The notes: generated by a model not told the origin, from the letters alone. Positions 9,477 to 20,511 are shown, counted from the stretch's first letter. The stretch: DNA of 64,000 nt from Candidatus Sulfomarinibacteraceae bacterium (GCA_963796455.1 CAWCLO010000004.1:640001-704000); one strand, 5' to 3'. A program made the numbers and translations.

Positions 9477-9741
9477 CGGCTGGTATCGGGATGGTTGCTG
9501 TCAAACCGACGAGGCGGATCTCGGGCGCCACGTGGCGTGCGCGGTGATGACCGGGAAATTCCTCGAGTTCACGCGATCCCGCGGCAACGATCTGTCGACA
9601 CCGGCGTCACAGCCCGGCTTGCCGGGGTTCAAACCCGGCGACCGTTGGTGTCTCTGGACGACCTTGAGGCACACTCCGCTGATCCCGTGGCATAAATCCC
9701 TGCCCAAACCGGTGGAGATTACCGGCCAGGGTGCCGCGTAA
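9468..9741 (+). pseudogene. DUF2237 family fragment lacking N- and C-termini
   Basis: GWYRDGCC..., HVACAVMT.EF, SRGNDLSTP and PGDRWCL are DUF2237-like motifs; no proper start, begins right at a repeat end. Confidence 0.75.
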
Positions 9742-9816
9742 TTCAACGTGACATGAGGTGGGACCAAATCGATTCACAAAGTCAACAGGTGATGCGTGGC
9801 GCCTCTGGTGAAAAAA

Positions 9817-10833
9817 TCAGGGCTCGTCCGAAACCTTGATGATGAGCTTGCCGTCGTGCGAACCGTCGAACAGCCGGTTGATATTGCGCGGTGCGGTCTC
9901 GAGGCCGTCGTAGACGTCGACCTTGTATTTCAGATAACCCTCTGCGTACCACCCGCTCAGCTTCTCGATGGCCTCGGCTGTCCGATCCAGATAGTCCATG
10001 ACGATGAAGCCCTCGACCCTGGCCCGCCGGATCAGAACCATCGGGAACGCGGAAGGCCCCGGCACCGGCTCGGTGGCGTTGTAGCCGGAGATCAGACCGC
10101 AGATCACGACGCGGGCGGAGTTGTTGATCCACACCAACTCGGCGTCGAGGATCTCGCCGCCGACGTTTTCGAAGATCACGTCGATGCCGTCCGGACAGTG
10201 CTTGTGGAGCTTGCGAGCGACGTTTTCGCTCTTGTAGTTGATGGCGGCATCAAAGCCGAGGTCATCGGTAAGCCAGGCGCACTTGGCGTCGCTACCGGCG
10301 ATGCCCACAACCCGGCAGCCGACGATCTTGCCGATCTGGCCGACGATCGATCCGACGGCACCGGCCGCGCCTGATACGACCAACGTTTCTCCGGCCTTCG
10401 GTTGGCCGATGTCGAGGAGGCCGAAGTACGCCGTCAGACCCACGATTCCGAACAGCCCGAGAAACGCGGTGAGCGGCAGCGGGCCCGGATCGATCACCCG
10501 TAGGTCGCTGCCGTCGGAGATGCCATAGTCCTGCCAACCGATCGTCCCGGAAACCAGGGCACCCGGCGAGAAGCGGTCATTATTTGAGTCCTCGACAACG
10601 CCGATCGTGAGCCCGCGCATGACATCGCCCACTCCGACAGGTTCGACATAGGACGGTCCCTCGCGAACCCATCCCCGGTTGGCGGGATCGAGAGAAAGAT
10701 AGATGTTGCGGGCCAGTACCTCGCCATCGGAAAGCGCGCGTACCGGTTCTTCCACCCATTCAAAGTCGGAATCCTTGATCAGTCCATTCGGCCTCGCGGC
10801 CAGACGCCACTGACGGTTGATACGGTCGCTCAT
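9817..10833 (-). CDS. NADP-dependent oxidoreductase (CurA/prostaglandin reductase, MDR family)
   Basis: LSLDP, GLTAYFGL, VVSGAAGAVGS, FENVGG and CGLISGYN motifs. Confidence 0.93.
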   Translation of the reverse strand: MSDRINRQWRLAARPNGLIKDSDFEWVEEPVRALSDGEVLARNIYLSLDPANRGWVREGPSYVEPVGVGDVMRGLTIGVVEDSNNDRFSPGALVSGTIGWQDYGISDGSDLRVIDPGPLPLTAFLGLFGIVGLTAYFGLLDIGQPKAGETLVVSGAAGAVGSIVGQIGKIVGCRVVGIAGSDAKCAWLTDDLGFDAAINYKSENVARKLHKHCPDGIDVIFENVGGEILDAELVWINNSARVVICGLISGYNATEPVPGPSAFPMVLIRRARVEGFIVMDYLDRTAEAIEKLSGWYAEGYLKYKVDVYDGLETAPRNINRLFDGSHDGKLIIKVSDEP

Positions 10834-11057
10834 GGTGCCCCGTTTTCTCTCGGCGATTGGAATGTGGTCTGTGCCGGGGCTGCATTGTACAGGCAGGAAG
10901 ACCCGATCGATGCAAGATTTACTCGTCTCATCCACCTCGAGGTTCGCCTTACCCTTCTCGCACCCATGCATGCCCACCCTTGGGGCTCGTGTAGAATTCG
11001 CAGACCCCGGGGCTTGGGGTGACGTGCCGTGCACCCCCAGACGCCTGATATCAGGTT

Positions 11058-12839
11058 GTGACAAGGATGATGATGGTTGGACCACAACCCTACAAAAGCA
11101 CGATAACGATGGTGTTTGCCGTTTGGGCATTTGCACTGTGGTCGAACCCGAGTTCGGTCGAAGCCGAACTTCCGCCACAACTCCGTGCAACCGAGGCACA
11201 TTCCCGTCTCGGCATGGTCTCGACAGGCTCACCCGAGGCCACCGCAGCCGCGGTCGGGGTGCTCGAAAACGGTGGCAATGCCGTCGACGCTGCGGTCGCC
11301 GCTGCCCTTGCGCTGGGCGTCGCCGATTCGGACGCTTCGGGTATCGGCGGCGCGACCTACATGGTTATTCGGTTTGCCAACGGGCGGGCCGTCGCGATCG
11401 ATGGTACGCCGAAGGCGCCGGGCCGATTCGACCTCCGGAGCCTGCAGGCCGCCGCCGAGGCCGGCAGAACAACCGGTCATGAGATGACGGCCGTCCCGAC
11501 GACCCTGGCGGTTCTCGACCTCGCGCTGCGCAAATACGGTTCGATCGATTTTGCCGAGGCCCTGCAGCCGGCGATCGAAATCGCCGATCGCGGTTACAGC
11601 CTCAGTGAGAACCAGATCATTTGGACGAATCGTTACTACGAAGACCTCGTCGGGACGTCCAACTATTTGCGGTATCTGGTAATGGCAGACGGGCACACTG
11701 TGGGTGAGCCGGGAGACCGCATCTGCAACCCCGAACTCGCGCAGACACTTCGTACGATTGCCGCACAAGGGGTCAGCGCATTTTACCGCGGAGCCGTCGC
11801 CGATCTTATCGAGGCCGACATGATCGACAACGGAGGAAACCTGCGCAAGAGCGATCTTGCGAGATTGAGGGTTTCCGAGCATGCACCGGTGAGAACGACC
11901 TACCGGGGCGTGGAGGTATTGTCTGTCCCGTCACCCGGAGGAGGAGACACACTCATCCACGCGCTCAATATTCTCGAAACCTTTCCCAGCGAGTTTCTTT
12001 CTGAGGACACGCTCGAGCGCCACCACGTATTTATAGAAACGGCCCGCATCGCGATTGCCGATCGAGCCGGATCAGGCGCCGGCATGGTGGCGAACGGTTT
12101 TCTCGGTTCCAACTTCCCAAGCAAGCGCTACGCGTACGGCCGCGCGCAGATGATCACACCTGGGACGGCACTCGCGGACTCCACCTTTGTGGGCCCCATC
12201 GATCCCGATTGCCTGCCGACAGGCGAAAGCACGACTCACGTCTCGGTCATCGACGCCCGCGGGAACGCGGTGTCGATGACTCAGACCCTGAGCGAGGGTT
12301 TCGGCGCCAAGATTGCCACTCCGGGTCTTGGATTTCCTTACAACAACTTTCTCGAGGCCTTCAGGGTTGAAAAGCCTCATTGCCCCGGATTTCTCCGTCC
12401 GTATGCGCCATGCGGCAACGATATGGCTCCCACGATTCTGGTTGATGAAAGAGGCCGCGTGATGGCTCTCGGGACTCCGGGAAGCAATCGCATCGCGTCG
12501 ATCCTCGCCGGTGTCATCAGCAATATCGTGGATCGCGGTATGAATCTCCGCGAGGCGATCGAGGCACCCAGGGTGATCTGGGGAGGGGGGCTGGAGATCA
12601 ATATCGAGTTGGAGGTCGCGCCGCCCATGGTCGAAACGTACGTGGACGCCTTCAACGCGATGAGCTACGAACACCCCGTGGAACCGGTTTTTTTTCCGGC
12701 TGACCCGAATGACCTCAGCAACTCCGGCGCAGTCAACACGGTTTTATATGACCCCACGGCCGGCGACTTCGTCGGCGTCGCCGACCCGAGGCGGGGAGGC
12801 CTTGCCGGCGGCCCTCGAGTGGTGGCGGGCCGAAAGTGA
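11058..12839 (+). CDS. ggt: Gamma-glutamyltransferase family protein (start uncertain)
   Basis: GGNAVDAAVA, SGIGG, autocleavage site ESTTHVSVID, GTPGS and GVADPRRGG. Confidence 0.9.
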   Translation: MTRMMMVGPQPYKSTITMVFAVWAFALWSNPSSVEAELPPQLRATEAHSRLGMVSTGSPEATAAAVGVLENGGNAVDAAVAAALALGVADSDASGIGGATYMVIRFANGRAVAIDGTPKAPGRFDLRSLQAAAEAGRTTGHEMTAVPTTLAVLDLALRKYGSIDFAEALQPAIEIADRGYSLSENQIIWTNRYYEDLVGTSNYLRYLVMADGHTVGEPGDRICNPELAQTLRTIAAQGVSAFYRGAVADLIEADMIDNGGNLRKSDLARLRVSEHAPVRTTYRGVEVLSVPSPGGGDTLIHALNILETFPSEFLSEDTLERHHVFIETARIAIADRAGSGAGMVANGFLGSNFPSKRYAYGRAQMITPGTALADSTFVGPIDPDCLPTGESTTHVSVIDARGNAVSMTQTLSEGFGAKIATPGLGFPYNNFLEAFRVEKPHCPGFLRPYAPCGNDMAPTILVDERGRVMALGTPGSNRIASILAGVISNIVDRGMNLREAIEAPRVIWGGGLEINIELEVAPPMVETYVDAFNAMSYEHPVEPVFFPADPNDLSNSGAVNTVLYDPTAGDFVGVADPRRGGLAGGPRVVAGRK

Positions 12840-12986
12840 GTCTTAGGGGTGGAGGGCAGCTAACCACCCGTCATGCAGAAGCCTGCACCACAAAATCGTC
12901 TGAATCCTCTGACCTCGCCCTGTGTCCGTGTGCGGACTACTTTGGTACGCTTGGGCTCAATCTGAAAATGCTGGTTGGAGTCGTTG

Positions 12987-13643
12987 ATGTCGAGAGTACA
13001 GACTCGCGCCGAAGAGATGATGGACGAACATGGTTTTCTGGGTGTCCCCCGAGAGACTTTTGAGGAAGCCGGGCGAACTCAGATGGTAAGACTCTTGAAC
13101 CACGGTCTGCAACCCGAATCAAAGGTCCTGGACATCGGGTGTGGTTGCCTCCGTGTGGCGTATTGGCTGGTGCGTTTTCTAGACCCCGACTGCTATTGCG
13201 GAATCGAACCGGCGCGCCAGCGCGTCGAGCTCGGAAAGCGTTTTCTTTTTTCGGCCGACGAGCTGGAGAGCAAACGGCCCCGATTCGACTTCAACTCGAG
13301 TTTTGACCTGTCTGTCTTTTCGACGCGTTTCGATTTTTTTCTCGCAGGTTCAATTTGGACCCATTGCAGCAAGACACATCTCGAGACCACTCTCGACGGG
13401 TTTCTCCACAATTCGACGCCGACCGGAGTATTTCTCGCTTCCTTTCTGCCACCGGCAACGGCGGAGGACGACTATATGGGCGATTCGTGGGTGGGAACCA
13501 GCCACGAGTCGAACGAACCGGGCGTGATTCGTCACTCACTCGATTGGATCAAGGATGCCTGCGGACTGAGGGGGCTCAAATTGAGTAGATTGCCGGGCGA
13601 AGATTGTGACAGTCAATACTGGCTCCGCGTCGAGAGGCGGTGA
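12987..13643 (+). CDS. Class I SAM-dependent methyltransferase
   Basis: VLDIGCGCLR motif I and SIWTH. Confidence 0.85.
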   Translation: MSRVQTRAEEMMDEHGFLGVPRETFEEAGRTQMVRLLNHGLQPESKVLDIGCGCLRVAYWLVRFLDPDCYCGIEPARQRVELGKRFLFSADELESKRPRFDFNSSFDLSVFSTRFDFFLAGSIWTHCSKTHLETTLDGFLHNSTPTGVFLASFLPPATAEDDYMGDSWVGTSHESNEPGVIRHSLDWIKDACGLRGLKLSRLPGEDCDSQYWLRVERR

Positions 13644-13669
13644 AGGGGCGTCCCGCCAGACGCGCGAGA

Positions 13670-13948
13670 TCAACCGGTCAATCGGTCCGCCCGCCGCTCC
13701 CATCGAGCCTTCGCCTTGGCGCGCTCCTCGTCCCGGTCTCGTGGTGGCGCCGTGGTCGTCAGCCTCTTCAAGAGACGGCGGCTTGCTGCCGAGATTTCTT
13801 CAACCGCCCGGTCAAATGCCTCGGTGTTGGCCTGGGAGGGCGCACGCATACCGCTGATTTTCCGAACGTATTGCAAAGCGCCGTTGCGCAACTCGTCTTC
13901 GCTCGCCGGCGGATCGAAGTTGAACAACGTCCGGATGTTGCGACACAT
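13670..13948 (-). CDS. DUF2277 family protein
   Basis: MCRNIRTLFNFDPPA..., ALQYVRKISG and PSQANTEAF. Confidence 0.88.
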   Translation of the reverse strand: MCRNIRTLFNFDPPASEDELRNGALQYVRKISGMRAPSQANTEAFDRAVEEISAASRRLLKRLTTTAPPRDRDEERAKAKARWERRADRLTG

Positions 13949-13971
13949 AGGCGCCCCCTTTTGCTTCACCA

Positions 13972-14055
13972 GAGTGCCACAATTCGCATTGCCTCGGTGG
14001 CCTTTGTATATCGCTGAGAAAGCAACAATGCGTAAATGCTGAGGGTGGCACCCAT
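13972..14055. repeat. Subfamily A inverted-repeat element (about 84 bp)
   Basis: Left arm GAGTGCCACAATTCGCATTGCCTC... matches the reverse complement of the A arm; right arm 14019-14055 ends in GGGTGGCACCCAT. Confidence 0.8.
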
Positions 14056-14383
14056 GAGGTGCTCTGTTTCGCGACATGCCTATCTGGTTGTTGCACATTC
14101 AATACACAAGACCTAGATTTTGAGACACGAGAGGTAATAATGAGACAAGCGACGCCACGTCGCGCCGTGCTCAGGTGCGGTTCTAATGGGTCTTCTGCGT
14201 GCGTCCTCGGCGCCGAACCAGGTCTTTTTAGTGACTGGGGCGCCGGGGTGGATCTTCGGATGCGTTTGCCCTCCAGGGTAGATTATGTGCAGATCCGTCG
14301 TGCCCCCATTGTCGGTCGAGGTCGGTAGCAGGCCTTTCCCGCGCACAGAAGATCGCGGTCCGATAGACAGTCGGAGGTACGCG

Positions 14384-16753
14384 ATGCGCGGTGAATGGAA
14401 ATTGTGCCTTGTGGTGATCGTGGTGTCGGTATTTGGAGCGGTGACGCTCGCCGAAGGGTCAGGCGGGTGGCAGCAGGTCGCCGATTTGCCGTCGCCGTTC
14501 ATGTTCACTGGCTCTGCACCTTTGGCCGTCCTCGACGACCAGATCTACGCTCTATGCGGCACCGGGGGACCGTACCCCGACACCTCCGGATGTAGGGATT
14601 TCTGGAGATACGATCCGAGCGTAGATGCATGGACAAAGCTTGCTGACATTCCGGTGAGCACCAACTTTACCGGAGGGGTAACGCTCGTCGCAACCCGTGA
14701 CTCAATCTACGCTCACCCGGGCGGTTTCTGGTTCTACGATTACCTCTGGCGGTACAGTCCGGCGAGCGATTCCTGGCAGGCCGTGACGAGATTCCCTTGG
14801 AACACTGACATTGAATGGGGAACCTCGATGGTCTGGACGGGCGGAGAATTCCTTTATGTGAGCCTCAAACGTGCGGACGATGGATTCTATCGACTGCATC
14901 TGGCGACGCTTCAGTGGGAAAAACTCCCGAACCCACCGTTCCTCCCGTTGACCTCGTATCCGGATCCGCCATTCTCCCTCGGCACCGGCAGCACGCTCGT
15001 CTGGACAGGAGGCGATGACCTCTATTTGAACAGGGGTCCGGGCTACCCATGGTGGTCGCCGTACGGGCCGGAGTTGGCCCGATACTCCATCTCGAGCAAC
15101 ACCTGGACGCCTCTCGCGATCCCTCCCACCCAAATTGCTAGTGGGATGGCGTGGGACGGGGTCGACGCGATCTACGCGCGAGCCTACACCAGCCTGTACA
15201 GCTACTCGATCTCGAACAACGCCTGGACACAGCACGAGGACTTTCCGGTCGCCGGCGATAGCAGGGAATTCGACCTCGTCATGGCGGCCGGGAATCTCTA
15301 CTCGGCTGAGTTCAGATTTTCGCCAGGGTTCTGGCGTTTCAGTCTCAACCAACCGCCGGTGCCGCACACCGGAATGATCTTACCGGACGAATGGTATGAA
15401 GTCGGCGAAGGGTCCTCGATCGTCCTCGACGGTACCCAATCGTATGATCCGGAAGGGCGTGAGATCGAGTTTTGGTGGGATCTCGACGGCGATTCCGTTT
15501 TTGAGGCCTACGGGGCAGAGCCGACATTCTTCGCTGACTGGTTCGACAACCCCCAGGTCGAGGAAAAGCTCGTGATCCTGAGAGTATGTGACGATCAGGA
15601 CGCCTGCTCGGAGGCGGAGGCATTGGTCAAAATCTTGGACCTGGCGCCAGACGCGGCATTCACATGGTGGCCCGATCCACCGAATGAGGGCTCCCTGGTC
15701 GAGTTCACCGATCGATCGACCAGCGAGGTCGACGAAATCGAGGACTGGCTCTGGGATCTGGGGACATCCGACACGAGCACCGAACAGAACCCGAGCTTCA
15801 CCTATCCGGACAACGGTGATTTCACCGTCACGCTCACCGTTACCGACGACGACGGGTCAACCTCGACCACCGAGGAGTTGGTGACAATCGCCAACGTCGC
15901 GCCGGTGGTGAACGCCGGGCCCGACGGCGAGGTCAACATCGACATTCCGTTTGCGAGTTCCGGCGAGTTTTTCGACCCGGGTACCGACGAGTGGGTGGGC
16001 ACGGTTGACTACGGTGATGGTGCCGGTCCGCAGGATCTGCCGCTTGGAGGCGACAAGTCGTTTGACCTCAGCTACCACTACACCTCCAAGGGCAGCTACA
16101 TGGTGACCGCCTGCGTGCGGGACGATGAAGGTGACGAAGGGTGTGACTCCGCGACCGTCGATGTCGTCAACCGGCCGCCGGTGGCTTTGTGCCAGGACGC
16201 GACGATGGTCGCCGATGCAAGCTGTCAGGCCACATTGGTGCCAGCGTCCTTCGATGGAGGCTGTTATGACCCTGACGACGATGCGTTGACCGTGAGCCTG
16301 CATCCTGATCTGGTGACAGGTCTGGGTGATTTCCCGTTGACCCTCACGGTCGACGACGGTGAATTCGACGACAGTTGTGGGGCAACGGTGACCGTGATGG
16401 ACTCGTCGGCGCCGCTGATGGGCGGTCCGTCAGCGAATCCTGCGGCGCTGTGGCCTGCGAATCACAAGATGGTGAACGTAAATATTGCGGTGACGGCAAC
16501 CGACGCTTGTGATCTTGCGCCGGAATGCCTCGTTACCAACGTCACCAGTAACGAACCCGAGACCGGTTGCGGCTCGGGAAAAAAGAAACCTGATTGGATG
16601 ATCACCGGAGCTCTTTCAGTCGATCTTCGCGCCGAGCGCTGCGGAAGGGGCGATGGGCGGGTGTACACCATCGAGGTGTCGTGTGCCGACGATACCGGAA
16701 ATTCATCCACCATGACCACCGAGGTCTTGGTGAAGCACGACCAGGGAGGCTAG
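14384..16753 (+). CDS. Secreted Kelch-repeat plus PKD-domain protein
   Basis: Signal peptide, Kelch-like repeats (WRYDP...W), PKD signatures (WDLG..., VTLTVTDDDG), C-terminal LWPANHKM...LRAER...GRVYTI domain; GGAGG RBS. Confidence 0.88.
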   Translation: MRGEWKLCLVVIVVSVFGAVTLAEGSGGWQQVADLPSPFMFTGSAPLAVLDDQIYALCGTGGPYPDTSGCRDFWRYDPSVDAWTKLADIPVSTNFTGGVTLVATRDSIYAHPGGFWFYDYLWRYSPASDSWQAVTRFPWNTDIEWGTSMVWTGGEFLYVSLKRADDGFYRLHLATLQWEKLPNPPFLPLTSYPDPPFSLGTGSTLVWTGGDDLYLNRGPGYPWWSPYGPELARYSISSNTWTPLAIPPTQIASGMAWDGVDAIYARAYTSLYSYSISNNAWTQHEDFPVAGDSREFDLVMAAGNLYSAEFRFSPGFWRFSLNQPPVPHTGMILPDEWYEVGEGSSIVLDGTQSYDPEGREIEFWWDLDGDSVFEAYGAEPTFFADWFDNPQVEEKLVILRVCDDQDACSEAEALVKILDLAPDAAFTWWPDPPNEGSLVEFTDRSTSEVDEIEDWLWDLGTSDTSTEQNPSFTYPDNGDFTVTLTVTDDDGSTSTTEELVTIANVAPVVNAGPDGEVNIDIPFASSGEFFDPGTDEWVGTVDYGDGAGPQDLPLGGDKSFDLSYHYTSKGSYMVTACVRDDEGDEGCDSATVDVVNRPPVALCQDATMVADASCQATLVPASFDGGCYDPDDDALTVSLHPDLVTGLGDFPLTLTVDDGEFDDSCGATVTVMDSSAPLMGGPSANPAALWPANHKMVNVNIAVTATDACDLAPECLVTNVTSNEPETGCGSGKKKPDWMITGALSVDLRAERCGRGDGRVYTIEVSCADDTGNSSTMTTEVLVKHDQGG

Positions 16754-16927
16754 GAACAGACGACTATCAACGCTAATCTAGAAAACCCGAGCAAACGTCA
16801 AAGTGGTCGCGGTTTGGTCTTGCTTGGGTCTCTCGATGACTACGAAGCGCTTGCCGTTGCCGAGAGATCCTTCGAGCAGCCGGAGACGTCGGCGTGGGGC
16901 GCTTCCAACGGCCGCTATGGCAACCTC

Positions 16928-18331
16928 TCACCCGATGGACGGAATCGGCATCACCTGTTTGTTCTTTCGGCTGACTTCCGCCTGAAAGCCCATGATGTGG
17001 CTCTCGACAGAGGCGTCGATGGTGGAGGTCAGAACGGTCGGATCTTGGGTTTTGACGGCCCTGACCCAATCCGTCACCAGGGCCCAGTCGCCACCGCCGT
17101 GGCCGCTGGATTTGTAGTTCTCCACATCCTCCACGGTGATATCCCACGTGGTCGCCTTGCCGGTCAAAAAGTCCGTCAGGACAAAGTGCTCCATATCACC
17201 CACGATGTCTCCCTTGGATCCCATGACTCGGGTTCTCCGACCGTGGTAGGAGGTCAAGGCCTCCATGGAAAAGCTGGCGGTGATGCCGTCTCCAAACTCC
17301 ATTGCGGTGACGTAATGATCCGGCTGGTCATTGTCCATCCGATACACGCAGCGTCCGTAGTTCGTGCTTTTCAACTTATTCAGGATGTACTCACCATGGA
17401 CGGCCTCGTCGTCCGGCATGTCGAATACATAAATCCATTTCCGGTCGCGGTGGTAAATCTTCAATGCCGAGTAGGGACACTGTTCCTCAACGGCACAACC
17501 ATCTGTGCACCGGGGGGTGCTCCCCTCCGGGGCGTTGGCTCGCTTGAACCACCTGAGATCTCCGAAGGCTGAGATGTTCTTGCACGGTTCGCCGATCATC
17601 CACCTGAGGATATCCAGATCGTGGCACGACTTGCCCAGAATGATCGGGGTGGATTCCCGAGAGTTGTGCCAGTTGCCCCGCACATACGAGTGGGCCATAT
17701 GAACATGCCCAATCGGTTCGAGATGCTGGATGCTGACCAGCTCACCTATTGACCCCGATTGGATCACTTTCCTCAACTCGATGAAGTAGGGCGCATAACG
17801 CAACACGTGACAGACCGCCACGATTCGGTCGGTTTTTTTCGCCAGCGCCAAAATGTCCAAACACTCCTGTGCCGTCGGGGAGATGGGCTTTTCGAGCAGG
17901 ACGTCATATCCCATAGCAAGAGCTTGCATGCATGGACCGTAGTGGAGGTGATCGGGCGTGCTGATGATCACTGCATCAGCAAATTTGGGTTGATCGAAGA
18001 CATGCTCCCAGGTCACAAAGCGCTGTTCGCTGGGGATACCGTGCTTCGTTGCGTAACTCTCGTTACGACCGGGTATCGGCTCGGCGACTCCGACGATCTT
18101 GAGTTCATTCGGAAACTCGACCCCGTAGTTTCCATAAACATTGCCACGAGCGCCGGCACCGAGGGTGATGGCGGTTACTGGTTCCTGAACTTCGAGATTA
18201 CCAAGAGGGGCTGCGTGAACCCGCTTGTGACTCCCAAGACTCGCCATCGTCAGAGGCCCGGCGAGGAGTGATCCTTTGCCGATCGCCGCCATTTTCTTCA
18301 TCACGTCCCGACGGTTGAGTTTCTTTGGCAT
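16928..18331 (-). CDS. Gfo/Idh/MocA oxidoreductase with Tat signal
   Basis: NRRDVMK twin-arginine motif, GAGARG, LLEKP, KSCHDLD and HGGGD. Confidence 0.92.
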   Translation of the reverse strand: MPKKLNRRDVMKKMAAIGKGSLLAGPLTMASLGSHKRVHAAPLGNLEVQEPVTAITLGAGARGNVYGNYGVEFPNELKIVGVAEPIPGRNESYATKHGIPSEQRFVTWEHVFDQPKFADAVIISTPDHLHYGPCMQALAMGYDVLLEKPISPTAQECLDILALAKKTDRIVAVCHVLRYAPYFIELRKVIQSGSIGELVSIQHLEPIGHVHMAHSYVRGNWHNSRESTPIILGKSCHDLDILRWMIGEPCKNISAFGDLRWFKRANAPEGSTPRCTDGCAVEEQCPYSALKIYHRDRKWIYVFDMPDDEAVHGEYILNKLKSTNYGRCVYRMDNDQPDHYVTAMEFGDGITASFSMEALTSYHGRRTRVMGSKGDIVGDMEHFVLTDFLTGKATTWDITVEDVENYKSSGHGGGDWALVTDWVRAVKTQDPTVLTSTIDASVESHIMGFQAEVSRKNKQVMPIPSIG

Positions 18332-18405
18332 GACTCTCCCTCACGTTTTCGTTGATACCGATGTCAGCTTACAGGTCCCACCCTCCGACAGGACCGTTCT
18401 GCTGT

Positions 18406-18483
18406 GGTGCTACCTATCACAATTGCGGGGTTGGCGTTGACATACACGAATCACAAAGCCACAAAGTGAAACGTGGCACCCAT
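18406..18483. repeat. Subfamily C-like inverted-repeat element (about 78 bp)
   Basis: Left GGTGCTACCTATCACAATTGC; right GTGAAACGTGGCACCCAT. Confidence 0.7.
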
Positions 18484-18565
18484 GCCGGTTCCGGTTCCCT
18501 TGATCCTGTAGCGTCGGTGAACAACTTCTGCTACCGTCGCTACAGAAACCGACTGGAGAATTTAC

Positions 18566-20359
18566 ATGCGATTCGTTTTTCTGTTCCTGTTGTTTCAGGC
18601 GGGGACCGTTTTCGGCGGGAGCGGCAACCAAATTTTTGTCAACGGATTCGACTGTCGCGCCACCCGGCCCTGGTCGCAGACCGTGGGGGCGACTCCGGGG
18701 CCGACCCCGGCTCCGGCTCCGGCCGGCCAACCGGCCCTGCAGTGCGAGTGGGCGGGCCCTCCTGCCGGGGATCCCTTCCCGAATCATTTTCAGGCGCTCA
18801 GCATGGCGATGGTCGCGGACCTTCCATACCCAAGCTCTGCCAACGTGGAGATCGTTTTTGTAGCCTACAACGCTCTCGACGGCAGTGTTGACGCCTTTCG
18901 CGGGGACAATCCCCTGAACTTCGGGGTCCTGAGAGTGCTCGATGGCTGCACATGTGAACAGATAGCGACCATCCACGACGCGAGCAACCCGATCATCGGC
19001 GCTACCAGCCCGGCTCTGGGGGATATCGACGGCGACGGAACCGTGGAGATCGTTGCTCTGCGTGCCGGAGGCGGTCTGGTCACTTTTTCCTGGGATGCCG
19101 TACAAGATGACTACGTCACCTGGTGGCGGGCGGACGCAAATGACACCGAGCTGGAGACCAAGTGGCGTTGGGACAGCCCATCCCTGCACGACCTGGACGA
19201 CGACGGCATCGCCGAGGTCATCTCGGGGCACGAGGTTTTTGACGGGCTTCTTGGCACTCGGCTGAACCCCACCGACGTGTTCCCGCAGTCCACTCCTCTT
19301 GTATCGACCCTCGCTGTGGTCGACCTCGATGGCGACGACAGGGTGGATCTGGTCGGGGACAGCCTTTACTACTGGGAAACTGACAGGTGGTGGGTGTTGG
19401 CGGACGGACCGTACGGTCTGGGGCACAGCGCGGTCGCCGATTTCGGAACCGCGACCTTGAACAGCTTCGATCCGACCACGCGTGACGGCATTGCTGAGGT
19501 TGTGACCGGCCACACGGCCAGCAAAGATGTCGAACTCCGTGACATTTGGGGAAACTCTCTGATGAGCGTCTGGGCGGGCCCCGTATTCTCCCACAGCGCA
19601 CCAGCCGTCGCCGACTTTGACGGTGACGGCTTCCCAGAGATCGCGGTTGCTAACGCCAGCCTCCTCAGGGTTCTCGATCTCGACTGTGCCACTGCTGGTG
19701 GTGGTTGCTACGGTGGTTTTGTCAGGTGGAATGCGTTCATACTCCACACTCATTCTTACGGCACGACACCTACCGCCTTCGACCTTGAAGGGGACGGCGG
19801 CGTCGAGTTAATTTATGCCGACCAGTGTTTCGGCCGTCTCTACAACGGCTTGTCGGGCGCCGTCATCGCGTCCTGGCCGCGCGCCTCGTGCAACTCCGGT
19901 GAGGGAATCAGCATCGCAGACGTCGACGGTGATGGTTCGGCGGAGTTCGTGGTGACGTCGAACGATACCTGCAATGGAGTCTCGTGTCCGGACATCGATA
20001 ACCGGCATCAGGGTCTTCGTTGTGCCATCAACTCGGAATGCATCTCGGATGTTTGTGATTCCGGATTTTGCCGTTGTTCGAACACGCCGGAGTGTCCGGT
20101 ATTGCACGAGTGCGCACCACCCCTGGTCGGCACGCCGGGCAGCGGTTCGGTGTGCCGCGCGAGCCAGATCCGCGTCACTCCGTTTCGCGGTCTCCGCGTC
20201 TTCGGTGATCCGAGCGAAGGTTGGAGCCCCGCGCGACCAATCTGGAACCAGAACACCTATTCGGTGACCAACGTGAACGCGGACGGCAGCATCCCAAAAA
20301 CCACCGACAGGCTGGACAACCACGCGACAAACGGTCCCAACAGCTTTCGTACGCCTTAG
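18566..20359 (+). CDS. Secreted FG-GAP/VCBS repeat protein with a Cys-rich insert
   Basis: Signal peptide, multiple D-[IL]-D-G-D-G repeats, and a WNQNTYSVTNV...NSFR C-terminus. Confidence 0.85.
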   Translation: MRFVFLFLLFQAGTVFGGSGNQIFVNGFDCRATRPWSQTVGATPGPTPAPAPAGQPALQCEWAGPPAGDPFPNHFQALSMAMVADLPYPSSANVEIVFVAYNALDGSVDAFRGDNPLNFGVLRVLDGCTCEQIATIHDASNPIIGATSPALGDIDGDGTVEIVALRAGGGLVTFSWDAVQDDYVTWWRADANDTELETKWRWDSPSLHDLDDDGIAEVISGHEVFDGLLGTRLNPTDVFPQSTPLVSTLAVVDLDGDDRVDLVGDSLYYWETDRWWVLADGPYGLGHSAVADFGTATLNSFDPTTRDGIAEVVTGHTASKDVELRDIWGNSLMSVWAGPVFSHSAPAVADFDGDGFPEIAVANASLLRVLDLDCATAGGGCYGGFVRWNAFILHTHSYGTTPTAFDLEGDGGVELIYADQCFGRLYNGLSGAVIASWPRASCNSGEGISIADVDGDGSAEFVVTSNDTCNGVSCPDIDNRHQGLRCAINSECISDVCDSGFCRCSNTPECPVLHECAPPLVGTPGSGSVCRASQIRVTPFRGLRVFGDPSEGWSPARPIWNQNTYSVTNVNADGSIPKTTDRLDNHATNGPNSFRTP

Positions 20360-20376
20360 GGTCTAGCACCAGAGAT

Positions 20377-20508
20377 CCACGTTCACAATTGCGCAGCTGT
20401 CAGTCACCGCGGGAGCTGGCTGTATCGCTGGGGTGCCAGGTTGTGCGTTGCACTGGTGCGGCACGACGCAGTTGTGAGGTTGTGATCAATGGCACCCATG
20501 TGGCACCC
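20377..20508. repeat. Stacked subfamily C and B arms with doubled end
   Basis: CCACGTTCACAATTGCGCAGCTGTCAG at 20377, GGGGTGCC at 20430, and GTTGTGAGGTTGTGATCAATGGCACCCATGTGGCACCC at 20471-20508. Confidence 0.85.
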
Positions 20509-20511
20509 GCG

